This document shows positions 1-9,889 of a stretch of 64,000 nt of DNA, piece after piece. The notes below the pieces were generated by a model. It did not search any database and was not told the DNA's origin. It worked only from the letters and a program-made list of their open reading frames with translations. Source of the DNA: a virus (Duplodnaviria; Heunggongvirae; Uroviricota; Caudoviricetes); IMG/VR virus record IMGVR_UViG_3300033463_000034; one strand, 5' to 3'. The position numbers were made by a program, and so were the translations under genes. Numbering within the stretch: position 1 is the first letter of the stretch; the number at the start of each line of letters is the position of its first letter.

Positions 1-193
1 AGTAAATCATGCAGAAGTTCGAGAAATTGGTGGATATACAGAAGAAGATTTTAAAAGAGAATTTAAATTAGGAAGATTTGTTGATGGAAAAAGAGAAACT
101 TTAGCAGATTGTACTAATATAAAATGTCCTTTCAATCAAAATGGTAAATGTTGGAATAGCAATAAAGATAATGATTGCGGGCATAGATTATAA
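1..193 (+). CDS. C-terminal fragment of a hypothetical protein (Cys-rich tail CPFNQNGKCW..DCGH), 5' partial
   Basis: Open frame from the window edge in frame 2, TAA at 191-193. Confidence 0.4.
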   Translation, partial: VNHAEVREIGGYTEEDFKREFKLGRFVDGKRETLADCTNIKCPFNQNGKCWNSNKDNDCGHRL

Positions 194-210
194 GATAGGA
201 GTTGATTAAA

Positions 211-663
211 ATGAGTAAAATGTATTTAATGTGTGGATGCCCAGGAGTAGGAAAATCATATTATATTAAAACACATTTAAAAGAAGGCGAAAAGATAATT
301 TCAAGAGATGAAATTCGTTTTAGTATGCTTAAAGATGAAGATGAATATTTTTCAAAAGAAAAAGAAGTTTATAATGAATTTCTTAGAAGAATAAATGCGG
401 AAATAGCAGCTGGATCGGACTTTTATGTCGATCAAACATCTCTTAATACCGGGGCCCGCGCAAAATTATTAAATAAATTAAATAAAAAACCTGATAAATT
501 AATTGCAATTTATATTAATAAACCACTAAATATTATATTAAATCAAAATGCTCAAAGAACAGGACGCGCTTTTGTCCCTGAAGATGCAGTAATTAATATG
601 TTTAATTCAATAGAAAAACCTACAAAAAAAGAAGGTTTTGATGAAATATGGGAGATTAAATAA
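211..663 (+). CDS. P-loop polynucleotide kinase, similar to the T4 Pnk kinase domain
   Basis: RBS AGGAG 9 nt upstream of ATG 211. Walker A GCPGVGKS. ISRDEIRFSM and VDQTSLN match T4 Pnk INRDDYRQSIM and SDTNLN. Confidence 0.7.
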   Translation: MSKMYLMCGCPGVGKSYYIKTHLKEGEKIISRDEIRFSMLKDEDEYFSKEKEVYNEFLRRINAEIAAGSDFYVDQTSLNTGARAKLLNKLNKKPDKLIAIYINKPLNIILNQNAQRTGRAFVPEDAVINMFNSIEKPTKKEGFDEIWEIK

Positions 664-664
664 T

Positions 665-826
665 ATGTGGTTTTTTGAAATAAAATATGGAAATAATTGT
701 GCGCTTGGTGGACATTTTTATTCAAGAGAAGAAATGTTTGATTGGTTTGAATGTCATTTAAAATATTATACTTTTATTGATAAATTTTATGATTTACATA
801 TATGGTATAAAAAGGAGGTAGATTAA
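665..826 (+). CDS. small hypothetical protein
   Basis: ATG overlaps the kinase stop. Only 53 aa and no recognisable motif. Confidence 0.3.
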   Translation: MWFFEIKYGNNCALGGHFYSREEMFDWFECHLKYYTFIDKFYDLHIWYKKEVD

Positions 827-827
827 T

Positions 828-1517
828 ATGAAAGAATTAGTTAAATATTTTATAGAAAATGGAATATACCCTGATGAAGAATTTAAAAAAAGTGAACAAG
901 AAGCAATTAAAAAATTAAGTATTCCAATGAAAAATAATTTTTATGATTATTATAAAAAAAGAAAAATTTGGTTTACCTCAGATTTACATTTTGGTCATAA
1001 TAAAGAATTTTTATGGGGTCCAAGAGGTTTTGAATCTAGTCAAGAACATGATGAGGCGGTTATCCGCAATTGGAATAGTGTAGTAGATTATGATGATGAT
1101 GTATATGTTCTTGGAGATTTAATGCTTGGTGATAATGAATATGGACTTAATTGTATTAAAAGATTATCAGGACATATTCACATTATTCTTGGTAATCATG
1201 ATACAGAAACAAGAGCTGTATTATATTTACATTGTCCTAATGTTGAAACAATAGATTATGCAAGAGAAGAAAAATTTGAAAAAAATTATTTCTTTTTATG
1301 CCATTATCCTGTAATTACTGCAAATTATGATGATCAAAAAGCATGGGCTAAACATTTAATTAATTTACATGGACATACACATTCAGACAAAAGATTTTAT
1401 AATAATAATCCATATATGTATAATGTATCATTAGATGCACATTATAATTATCCTGTAGAATTAAACGAAATTATTGATGATATTAAGATGTTTAAAGAAC
1501 AACTTGATAAACAATAA
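828..1517 (+). CDS. calcineurin-like metallophosphoesterase
   Basis: RBS AAAGGAGG upstream. Motifs SDLHFGH, GDL and GNHD typical of metallophosphatases. Confidence 0.7.
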   Translation: MKELVKYFIENGIYPDEEFKKSEQEAIKKLSIPMKNNFYDYYKKRKIWFTSDLHFGHNKEFLWGPRGFESSQEHDEAVIRNWNSVVDYDDDVYVLGDLMLGDNEYGLNCIKRLSGHIHIILGNHDTETRAVLYLHCPNVETIDYAREEKFEKNYFFLCHYPVITANYDDQKAWAKHLINLHGHTHSDKRFYNNNPYMYNVSLDAHYNYPVELNEIIDDIKMFKEQLDKQ

Positions 1518-1556
1518 TTTTTTTTCTATAATAAAAATAAGATAGGAGAAAAGAAA

Positions 1557-1769
1557 ATGTTTAAAATTTTTAAAACTTTAATTTTAATTATTTGAATTAT
1601 TGATATATTAGATATTAATTTTTTAATTAATAATATACAAGTTGCAGAATTTCTTGATAAAACTGTACCTTTAAATTTTTGATTTTGATTAATATTATGA
1701 ATTTTTATACCAAGTTCAAATTATATAGATTTAAATAAAAGAATAGGAGAAATAAAATGAAAAAAATAA
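1557..1769 (+). CDS. small hydrophobic protein, only open if TGA=Trp (4 in-frame TGA)
   Basis: RBS AGGAGAAAAG upstream. Hydrophobic, Trp-rich translation MFKIFKTLILIIWIIDIL... Confidence 0.25.
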
Positions 1770-2203
1770 AAACTTTAGATACTTATTTTGATGAAAATGG
1801 AATCTCTTATGCAACTATTATGACTGAATTAGGTGCTTTTAATGGAACTTGTAAATTACATGATGAAGATAAAGATATAGTTTCAGAATTTCAAGGTTGT
1901 AGATGGGCGGAAATGCGTGCAGGAATCAAATATTTACAAGAAAAAGTTAAATTATTAAAAATAAAAGTTGATACATTAGAAAATTTAATTAATACTTTAT
2001 CATTAGTTAAAGGATATGAAAAAGACTCTGTAGAAGCAAGATATTTAAGAAAACAATATTTTATTAATAAAAATGAATATCAAATAAAAAAGAAAAATAT
2101 TCAAAAAATAAAAGAAAATTTATATAATTCAATGAAATATTATAGAAAAGATAAAGAAGACTTTTTAAATAAAATACAAAATAAAAAAGAGTCAGTTGAA
2201 TAA
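1757..2203 (+). CDS. hypothetical coiled-coil protein
   Basis: RBS TAGGAGAAAT upstream, 148 aa, heptad-like K/E-rich sequence. Confidence 0.5.
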   Translation: MKKIKTLDTYFDENGISYATIMTELGAFNGTCKLHDEDKDIVSEFQGCRWAEMRAGIKYLQEKVKLLKIKVDTLENLINTLSLVKGYEKDSVEARYLRKQYFINKNEYQIKKKNIQKIKENLYNSMKYYRKDKEDFLNKIQNKKESVE

Positions 2204-2237
2204 TAATTGGCTCTTTTATTCTTAGGAGATGATAAAT

Positions 2238-2786
2238 ATGAAAAAACCATTGATAAGACTTTATACAGATGGAGCATGTAGTGGAAATCCTGGAATAGGA
2301 GCATGAAGTTGTATTAGATATGATGGAGAAACTAATACTATATATGATGCTTATACTGGCGGAGAAGAAACTTATATGGATGGACATTTGATTCAAAAAG
2401 TTGAAACAACTAATAATCGTATGGAAATAAAAGGATTACTTCAAGCTCTTGAATTAGCGGTAACTAAATATAAAAATTGTGATGTGGTTATTTATTGTGA
2501 TAGTTCATATGTAGTAAATATTTTTAATGAATGGATTCACAATTGGGCGCGCAATAATTGGATTAATAGTTCTAAAGAGCAAGTTAAAAATTTAGATTTA
2601 ATATTAAAATTATATGAATATGCTAAAAAAGAATTCCCAAATTATGGAGTATATAAAATAGCAGGTCATAATAATGAATTAGGAAATGAATTAGCTGACG
2701 CTTACGCAGTTGCAGAACGAAGCGGAAATGCTACAAAATTAGCTAAAATTTTAAAAGAAAATAATATTACTCTCTCTATAGAGTAA
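2238..2786 (+). CDS. rnhA: ribonuclease H (RNase HI family)
   Basis: YTDGACSGNPGIGAW(TGA)S, then DSSYVVN and GHNNELGNELADAYA. One in-frame TGA at about 2303. Confidence 0.8.
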
Positions 2787-2790
2787 TTTT

Positions 2791-2819
2791 TTGATTTTAA
2801 AGGAAAATTTTATTATAAT
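2791..2819 (+). promoter_or_regulatory. sigma-A-type promoter TTGATT-17-TATAAT
   Basis: Exact hexamers with a 17-nt spacer upstream of the topoisomerase operon. Confidence 0.55.
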
Positions 2820-2851
2820 TAATATAGAAGATTTTATGAAAGGAGAAAATT

Positions 2852-4756
2852 ATGGCTGATAATAAATTATATACAAAAGATTCAATTGAGTCATTATCTC
2901 CATTAGAGTTTACTCGTTTAAAACCGGGTGTATATGCTGGTGATACTACATATTCAACTCAATTACTTGTAGAAATAATTTCTAATGCTGTTGATGAATT
3001 TAGATTAGGTCATGGTAATGAAATAGATATTGATATTAATAAAGATATTATATCTGTAAAAGATTATGGTCAAGGTTTTTTAGTAAATGAAAAAAGAGAA
3101 GATGGTAAAACCGTTCTAGAAGCAGCTTTCAGTGTTCTTAATACTTCTGGCAAATATCGTGAAGATGGAACTTATGAAGGAACTTCATTAGGTAGTTTTG
3201 GTATCGGATCAAAAATCACTACTTTTTTATCTCACTGGTTAGAAGTTCAAACTTGGAGAGATAATAAATCTGAATTTATTAGATTTGAAGAAGGTGTATT
3301 TAAAGATAGAGTTGTAAGAGAGGATCCATTAATCCCATCTGGAACTCTTGTAAGATGGCAACCTAGTGAACAATTTTTTACTCATACAACAGTAGAAATT
3401 AATAAAATAAAAGAATTATTTAATACAATAACTTGTTTATGTCCTGGGTTAAAAATGACTTTAACTATTGATGGAGAACAAACTATTTATTATTCAGAAA
3501 ATGGTATTAATGATTTAGTTGATGAAGCTGTTAAAAATAAAGAAATTATTGTTAATAGATTTAATATGAAATATGAAGAAGGAAAAGAAAAATTAGATAT
3601 GGTATTAACTTATACATCTAATTATTCACTTACTCTTGTTCCTTATGTTAATACAGGTTTAACAGAGAAGGGTCCTCATATCACTCAAGTTAAAACTATT
3701 ATAACAAGAGAATTTAATAAATTTTTTAAAGATAAAAAATGGTTAAAAGATAAAGAAGAAAATTTAACTGGAGATGATATACAAGAGGGTATGTATATAG
3801 TATTTAATATGACAGCTCCTAATGTTGCATATGATGCTCAAGTTAAATCAACAGTAACTAAATTAGATATGAGTAATTTTAGTGCGGCAATTGCTGAACA
3901 ATTACAATATTGGCTAATTAATAATGAAAAAGAAATAAAAGTAATCTTTGATAAAGCTGCAGCCGCACGTAAAGCAAGAGAAGCAGCTAAATCTGCACGA
4001 GAAAGAGTTAGAGAAAACAATAAGAAAAAAGAAAAAGCTCTTAAATTTGATAGTAAATTAGCAGATTGTTATTCAAAAGATAGAAGTAAATGTGAAATAT
4101 ATATCACAGAGGGTGATTCAGCTTCAGGAAATTTAAAATCAGCTAGAAATAATGAATTCCAAGCAGTAATGCCTGTTCGTGGTAAAATATTAAACACACA
4201 AAAAGCAAGTTTAGATAAGATACAAAAGAATGCAGAAATTATGACAATGATAGATGCATTTGGATTATATATTGATACTAAAACTATGCAAGTGACTTAT
4301 GATAAAAATAGTCTTCGATATGGTAAAATTATAATTGAATCAGATGCCGATGTAGATGGCGCTCATATTAAGAATTTATTCTATACATTTATATGGAACT
4401 TCTGTCCTCAACTAATTGAAGATGGTTATATTTATGCTGGTGTTCCACCATTATATAAAGTAACAATAGGAAAAGAATATAAATATATTAAAAATGATGA
4501 AGAATTAGAAGAATTTAAAAAAACAGTTGGCGATAAAAAAATAACTGTTAATCGTATGAAAGGTCTTGGTGAAATGTCGGTTGATGAAACTGAAGAAACA
4601 CTAACTGATCCTAATAACAGAATTATTAAACAAATAACAGTTGAAGATATGGCTGCCGCAGATAAACTATTTAATGATTTAATGGGAACTGCTATTGTTG
4701 TTAGAAAAGATTTTATAAAAGAACATAGTAAGGAGGCTACATACAATGCAGAATAA
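2852..4756 (+). CDS. type II topoisomerase large subunit (GyrB-like ATPase plus Toprim, as in T4 gp39)
   Basis: HATPase motifs NAVDE and GLGSFGIGSK. Toprim motifs EIYITEGDSASG, PVRGKILN and IESDADVDGAHI. Confidence 0.85.
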   Translation: MADNKLYTKDSIESLSPLEFTRLKPGVYAGDTTYSTQLLVEIISNAVDEFRLGHGNEIDIDINKDIISVKDYGQGFLVNEKREDGKTVLEAAFSVLNTSGKYREDGTYEGTSLGSFGIGSKITTFLSHWLEVQTWRDNKSEFIRFEEGVFKDRVVREDPLIPSGTLVRWQPSEQFFTHTTVEINKIKELFNTITCLCPGLKMTLTIDGEQTIYYSENGINDLVDEAVKNKEIIVNRFNMKYEEGKEKLDMVLTYTSNYSLTLVPYVNTGLTEKGPHITQVKTIITREFNKFFKDKKWLKDKEENLTGDDIQEGMYIVFNMTAPNVAYDAQVKSTVTKLDMSNFSAAIAEQLQYWLINNEKEIKVIFDKAAAARKAREAAKSARERVRENNKKKEKALKFDSKLADCYSKDRSKCEIYITEGDSASGNLKSARNNEFQAVMPVRGKILNTQKASLDKIQKNAEIMTMIDAFGLYIDTKTMQVTYDKNSLRYGKIIIESDADVDGAHIKNLFYTFIWNFCPQLIEDGYIYAGVPPLYKVTIGKEYKYIKNDEELEEFKKTVGDKKITVNRMKGLGEMSVDETEETLTDPNNRIIKQITVEDMAAADKLFNDLMGTAIVVRKDFIKEHSKEATYNAE

Positions 4757-7067
4757 TGATATTTTAAATGAGTTAAGTACAAACTTTATTGAATATGCTG
4801 TTGCAGTTAACACAGATCGTGCTATTCCAGATGCGACTTGTGGTTTAAAACCAGTAGCCCGTAGAATATTATGGGGAGCTTTTGAAAAAGGTTATACATT
4901 TAGTAAACCTCATGTTAAATCAGCAAAAATTGTCGGGGATGTAATGGGTACTTATCATCCACATGGAGATTCTTCTATATATGGAGCTCTTGTTAGATTA
5001 TCTCAACCTTGGGTTATGAGATATCCACTTATAGATTGGCATGGATCTAATGGAAATATTGATGGTGATGGTCCAGCCCATATGCGTTATACAGAAGCAA
5101 GATTATCAAAACTTGCGGAAGATGGTATGTTAAAAGGAATTAAAAAAAGAAATGTAGAATTTATTCCTAATTATTCTGAAGATGCAGAAGAACCAATTAC
5201 ATTACCTGCTATATTCCCTAATTTATTATGTAATCCTAACACAGGTATAGGGGTTGCAATGGCTTGTAATTTTGCTCCACATAACTTATGTGAAGTAGCT
5301 ACAGCTATATATGATTATATTGATGGTAAAGAACCAATGTTACCAGGTCCTGATTTTCCAACAGGTGGATTAATTATTAATATGAATGATATTCCATCTA
5401 TTATGAAAACAGGACATGGTAGTGTAAAAGTTAGAGCTAAATATAAAACAGAAGGTCAGAATATAGTATTTTATGAAATACCATATGGAACTTCCACTGA
5501 AGCACTTATTGCGGAAATAGGTGAAGTAGCAGAAAACGACATTCCTGATATAATAAATATTAGAAATGAAAGTAATAAAAAAGGTTTAAGAATAGTTGTA
5601 GAGTGTGCAAAAGGAATTAATCCAGATACAATAGCTAATAAATTATTTACAAAAACTGATTTACAAAGTAGTTTTTCATATAATCAAGTTGCTTTAATAA
5701 ACAAAACTCCAACTGAAGTTAATTTAAAAGATTGTATTAAATTATACTTAGATCATAATATTGAATGTTTAATTAAAGAAACTAAATTTGATTTACAAGC
5801 TGCAGAGGCCCGTCTTGAAGTTGTAGAAGGTTTAATAAAAGCATTAGAAGATATAGATAATATAATTGCATTTATTAAAAAGTCTGAATCAAGTGCTGCC
5901 GCAAAAGATGGTTTAGTTAAAGAATATAAATTCACAGAAGCTCAAGCTAAGTCTATTGTAGCTATGAGATTAGGTAGTTTAGCTAAATTAGAAAAAATTG
6001 AATTAAATGAAGAAAAGGCTCAATTAGAACATGATATAGATGGTTATAAATATTTATTAAATAATAAAGATGCTCAAGTTTCTACTATAAGAACTAGATT
6101 ATCTGATTTAGTTAAGAAGTATGGAGATAAGAGAAGAACTGAATTAGCACAAATTGATATTCCAAAAGAAGATAAAGAAATAATTACTGTTATTCCTGAA
6201 GATGTAGTTGTTATGGTATCTCAAACAGGAGATGTTAAGCGTATTCCTAAATCAAGTTTTAGAACACAAAGAAGAAATGGTAAAGGTATCAAATCTGAAG
6301 ATGATGCAATATTAACTACTATAAAGACTAATACTATTGATAATTTATTAGTATTTACTAACAAAGGAAAAATGTATAAAATATTAGTTGATAAACTTCC
6401 TATTGGAACAAATGTTTCAAAAGGACAAAATTTAGCTAGTTTAGTGAATATGGATGCTGATGAAAAAGTTATAGCGGCATCAAGTTTAGATAGAGATACG
6501 GATGCAGAATATGTAGTGTTTATAACTAAACAAGGTTTATTTAAGAAAACTTTATTAAGTGAATATAAATCAATTAAAAAATCAACAGGTACTCAAGCTA
6601 TTAAATTAAAAGATGGAGATAGTATTGCTAATGTAGTATTTATGAAAGAAGAAGAATTTATGATATTTACTAAATTAGGTATGGCTATCAGATTTACAAC
6701 AAAAGATATTGCAGCAATAGGTAGAGTTACTAGTGGAGTTAAAGGTATTAATTTAATAGATGGCGATGAAGTAATTTGCGGATTCCCTATATTAGATGGT
6801 AAGACTGAAATTGCTATTATTGGTAAAAATGGCTATGGAAAGAAAACTAGTTTAAATGAATTTACTTGCCAAGGTAGAGGCGGAAAAGGATTAAAATTAG
6901 GCGCGGAAATAGCAGGTGCTGCAATGATAGGGGCTGAAGATAATCTTCTATTAATTGGTAAACCAAATAGCATATGTATAGATAGTAGTGAATTACCTTT
7001 ACAAGGTAGAGCTACACTTGGTGTAAAATTAGCACAAAATGAAATTAAAAATGTTGTTATTGTATAA
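4746..7067 (+). CDS. type II topoisomerase subunit A (GyrA/ParC-like, as in T4 gp52)
   Basis: AIPDATCGLKPVARRILW and YHPHGD, with a catalytic Tyr region. Overlaps the upstream subunit by 11 nt. Confidence 0.85.
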   Translation: MQNNDILNELSTNFIEYAVAVNTDRAIPDATCGLKPVARRILWGAFEKGYTFSKPHVKSAKIVGDVMGTYHPHGDSSIYGALVRLSQPWVMRYPLIDWHGSNGNIDGDGPAHMRYTEARLSKLAEDGMLKGIKKRNVEFIPNYSEDAEEPITLPAIFPNLLCNPNTGIGVAMACNFAPHNLCEVATAIYDYIDGKEPMLPGPDFPTGGLIINMNDIPSIMKTGHGSVKVRAKYKTEGQNIVFYEIPYGTSTEALIAEIGEVAENDIPDIINIRNESNKKGLRIVVECAKGINPDTIANKLFTKTDLQSSFSYNQVALINKTPTEVNLKDCIKLYLDHNIECLIKETKFDLQAAEARLEVVEGLIKALEDIDNIIAFIKKSESSAAAKDGLVKEYKFTEAQAKSIVAMRLGSLAKLEKIELNEEKAQLEHDIDGYKYLLNNKDAQVSTIRTRLSDLVKKYGDKRRTELAQIDIPKEDKEIITVIPEDVVVMVSQTGDVKRIPKSSFRTQRRNGKGIKSEDDAILTTIKTNTIDNLLVFTNKGKMYKILVDKLPIGTNVSKGQNLASLVNMDADEKVIAASSLDRDTDAEYVVFITKQGLFKKTLLSEYKSIKKSTGTQAIKLKDGDSIANVVFMKEEEFMIFTKLGMAIRFTTKDIAAIGRVTSGVKGINLIDGDEVICGFPILDGKTEIAIIGKNGYGKKTSLNEFTCQGRGGKGLKLGAEIAGAAMIGAEDNLLLIGKPNSICIDSSELPLQGRATLGVKLAQNEIKNVVIV

Positions 7068-7084
7068 CAACATTTTTTAGTTAT

Positions 7085-7133
7085 GCGGGAGAGCCATTCT
7101 CCTGGATCTATGAGGTATTGACCGGCCGCCGCA
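7085..7133. other. GC-rich intergenic island containing CCGGCCGCCGC
   Basis: gcgggagagccattctcctggatctatgaggtattgaccggccgccgcac stands out in AT-rich DNA. It holds a short hairpin (ggaga/tctcc) and an EagI-like palindrome. Confidence 0.5.
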
Positions 7134-7134
7134 C

Positions 7135-7163
7135 TTGACAATAATAAAAAATTATTATATAAT
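7135..7163 (+). promoter_or_regulatory. consensus promoter TTGACA-17-TATAAT
   Basis: TTGACA at 7135-7140 and TATAAT at 7158-7163, both perfect. Confidence 0.65.
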
Positions 7164-7194
7164 ATATATAATAAATAAAGAAGGAGAGATACAT

Positions 7195-8310
7195 ATGAAT
7201 CCAGATAAATTAGAAGAATATAAAATGCAAGAATTAGTAGATAAATTAAATTATTATACAAAAAAATATGATGAAGGTAAACCTGAAATATCTGATTTTG
7301 AATGGGATTCTATGTATTTTCAACTACAAGATTGGGAAAATAGAACTGGAATATATCTTTCAGATAGTCCTACTCAAAATATTAATTATCAAGTAGTTAA
7401 TAAACTTAATAAAGTAGAACACAATCACCCTATGTTATCTCTTGATAAAACAAAAGATATAACAGTAGCAGATTCATTTTACAATAGTCATAAGTGTATT
7501 GTAATGGCTAAAATGGATGGACTAACTTGTTCACTTCGTTATTTAGATGGTAAACTTGTATCTGCGGAAACTCGCGGAAATGGAATAATAGGTGAAGATA
7601 TACTTCATAATGCTTTACAAGTAAAAAATATTCCTAATAGAATTGATTATTATGAAGAATTAATTGTAGATGGAGAAATTATTTGTACTTATAATGATTT
7701 TAAAGCATTTGAAAATGAATATAAAAATCCTAGAAATTTTGCTTCAGGAAGTATTAGATTATTAGATAGTCAAGAAAGCGCCACTAGAAATCTTACTTTT
7801 GTTGCATGGGATGTTGTAAAAGGATTAGATTTAGAAAATCTATCTGATAAATTAAAATGGTTAGGAGATTTAAATTTTACTGTTGTTCCAAAAGGAAATA
7901 ATTTTTATACATTTCCTGTTCAAATAGAACATATTCAAAATGAATGTAATGCTTTAGGCTATCCAATTGATGGAATTGTAATTAAATATGATAATTGTAA
8001 AGAGTATGAAATTGCAGGTAAAACTGATCATCATTTTAAAGGTGGATTAGCATATAAATTTTATGATGAAGAATATGAAACTACTCTTCTAGATATAGAA
8101 TGGAGTATGGGTAGAACTGGAGTTCTTTCTCCTATTGGAGTTTTTGAGCCTATTGAAATAGATGGTACTACAATTACTAGAGCAAGTTTATCTAATATAT
8201 CAATTATGCATCAAACATTAGGGGAAAAACCTTTTAAAGGACAGAAGATTTGGGTATCAAAACGAAATATGATAATTCCAAAAATTGAAAGAGCGGAAAA
8301 GGAGGAATAA
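7195..8310 (+). CDS. ligA: NAD-dependent DNA ligase, N-terminal half (Ia, adenylation and OB domains)
   Basis: RBS AAGGAGAG upstream. KxDG motif AKMDGLTC. The OB fold ends at IIPKIERAEKEE followed by a stop. Confidence 0.8.
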   Translation: MNPDKLEEYKMQELVDKLNYYTKKYDEGKPEISDFEWDSMYFQLQDWENRTGIYLSDSPTQNINYQVVNKLNKVEHNHPMLSLDKTKDITVADSFYNSHKCIVMAKMDGLTCSLRYLDGKLVSAETRGNGIIGEDILHNALQVKNIPNRIDYYEELIVDGEIICTYNDFKAFENEYKNPRNFASGSIRLLDSQESATRNLTFVAWDVVKGLDLENLSDKLKWLGDLNFTVVPKGNNFYTFPVQIEHIQNECNALGYPIDGIVIKYDNCKEYEIAGKTDHHFKGGLAYKFYDEEYETTLLDIEWSMGRTGVLSPIGVFEPIEIDGTTITRASLSNISIMHQTLGEKPFKGQKIWVSKRNMIIPKIERAEKEE

Positions 8311-8314
8311 TATT

Positions 8315-8782
8315 ATGAATTTAAATATAGAAAAAAGAGAATATGATGAAAATGGCATATTAAAAAATAAACAATGTAATATTTGTTTTAGAATGTTACC
8401 TATTGAACAATATTATTCTAACAAAGCTCAATATGATGGACATAGTAACACATGTAAAGAATGTGAAAATGCTTCTTTATCTGTTAGATTAAAAAATTAC
8501 AAAAGAAATGCTAAAAATAGAAATCTTAATTTTAATTTAACAAAAGAAGAATTTGATAAAATAACTTCCCAACCATGTTATTATTGTGGAGATTTGGGTG
8601 CAATATCTCCTTCTGGATTTAGATATAATGGAATAGATAGAAAAGATTCATCGCAAGGATATAACTTAGATAATATAGTTCCTTGTTGCAAGATTTGTAA
8701 TTTAATGAAATTAGATATTCCAGAAAAAGATTTTTTATATCATATTCAAAAAATATATGAATTTCAGTTATGGGGGGATTAA
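8315..8782 (+). CDS. HNH homing-type endonuclease inserted between the ligase halves
   Basis: RBS AAGGAGG 10 nt upstream. HNH signature CYYCGD...NGIDRKDSSQGYNLDNIVPCCKICN. Confidence 0.75.
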   Translation: MNLNIEKREYDENGILKNKQCNICFRMLPIEQYYSNKAQYDGHSNTCKECENASLSVRLKNYKRNAKNRNLNFNLTKEEFDKITSQPCYYCGDLGAISPSGFRYNGIDRKDSSQGYNLDNIVPCCKICNLMKLDIPEKDFLYHIQKIYEFQLWGD

Positions 8783-8783
8783 A

Positions 8784-9584
8784 ATGAAACAATATTTTGA
8801 AATTCCTGAAATCTGTCCAATATGTGGCGGCAATACTGAAATTAGAAAAGATAATGATAGTGAGATGTTGTATTGTATAAATCCTCACTGCGAAGGAAAA
8901 TTAATAAATCACCTAGACCATTTTTGTGGTAAAAATGGGTTAGATATAAAGGGGCTCTCAACGGCAACTCTCGAGAAACTTATAGACTGGGGTTGGGTTT
9001 CTAATTATATTGATATATATAAATTAGAAAACTACTCAAACGAATGGAAAAACAAAGCTGGTTTTGGAGAAAAGTCAGTAGAGAGGATCTTGAGCGCCCT
9101 TGAACTAAGTAAAAATACTACATTAAATAAAGTTATTGCGGCCGCAGGTATACCTTTAATAGGTCCTGGAGTAGCAAAAATGTTAAGTGAGATTTATCAT
9201 ACTTGGATAGAGTTTCGTAATGAAAAAGATTTTGAATATATAGATGGAATCGGTCCAGAAATGAATAATTCATTATTAAATTTTAATTATACTGAAATTG
9301 AACAAGTTATTCCTTATTTAAATATAGAAAATGATAAAATAGAAAAGAAAAATAAATTAGAAAATTTAACTTTTTGTATTACTGGTAAAGTACATACAGT
9401 AAAAAATAGAGATGAATTAAAAGCAATAATAGAAAATAATGGTGGAAAAGTTGTTGGTTCAATGTCAAGCAAAGTTAATTATTTAATTAATAATGATAAT
9501 ACTTCAACTAGTGCAAAAAATATTGCCGCAAAACAAGCAGGAATTCCAATTATTACAGAGGAAGAATTGCAATTAATGATTTAA
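8784..9584 (+). CDS. ligA: NAD-dependent DNA ligase, C-terminal half (Zn finger, HhH and BRCT)
   Basis: CPICGG...C..C Zn finger at the N-terminus, HhH region GIPLIGPGVAK, BRCT-like end. Own weak RBS GGGGGGA. Confidence 0.75.
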   Translation: MKQYFEIPEICPICGGNTEIRKDNDSEMLYCINPHCEGKLINHLDHFCGKNGLDIKGLSTATLEKLIDWGWVSNYIDIYKLENYSNEWKNKAGFGEKSVERILSALELSKNTTLNKVIAAAGIPLIGPGVAKMLSEIYHTWIEFRNEKDFEYIDGIGPEMNNSLLNFNYTEIEQVIPYLNIENDKIEKKNKLENLTFCITGKVHTVKNRDELKAIIENNGGKVVGSMSSKVNYLINNDNTSTSAKNIAAKQAGIPIITEEELQLMI

Positions 9585-9588
9585 TATT

Positions 9589-9617
9589 TTGATACCTTAA
9601 AAATTTTTATATATAAT
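9589..9617 (+). promoter_or_regulatory. promoter TTGATA-17-TATAAT
   Basis: Hexamers at 9589-9594 and 9612-9617. Confidence 0.5.
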
Positions 9618-9623
9618 ATAGAT

Positions 9624-9821
9624 ATGAAAGATAAAAAAAAGAAGGTTAAAAAAATAGCTCAACAAATCGTATCATTAGAAAATAAATGTCATCAAACTAA
9701 TAATATAGATGAAAGAAATAAATATATGATACAAATTCAAAAATTAATAGAAAATCTTTCATTAACAGAGCTATTACAAATTGATGAATATATAGTTGAA
9801 AATAGTCTTTTGACAAAATAA
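9624..9821 (+). CDS. small hypothetical protein
   Basis: 65 aa basic protein directly downstream of the promoter. No obvious RBS. Confidence 0.35.
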   Translation: MKDKKKKVKKIAQQIVSLENKCHQTNNIDERNKYMIQIQKLIENLSLTELLQIDEYIVENSLLTK

Positions 9822-9889
9822 AAATTTTTAATTATAATATTTATGTAAAAAATAATAAAATAGGTTTAAAGAGAAGGAGAAGAAAAATT

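Noticed and set aside
2064-2396. Antisense or overlapping ORFs in the six-frame track: 2064, 3838, 4432, 5753, 6833, 8619, 17506, 21199, 25404, 29556, 39469, 44121, 47040, 50156, 51527, 54626, 56351, 60078
   Set aside because: Low-complexity I/L/F/Y-rich translations of AT-rich antisense strands. They lie inside well-supported genes, have no RBS and no motifs.
7135-7194. Track ORF start at 7135 for the ligase (MTIIKNYYIIYII...)
   Set aside because: That extension translates the promoter. The real start is ATG 7195 with an AAGGAGAG RBS.
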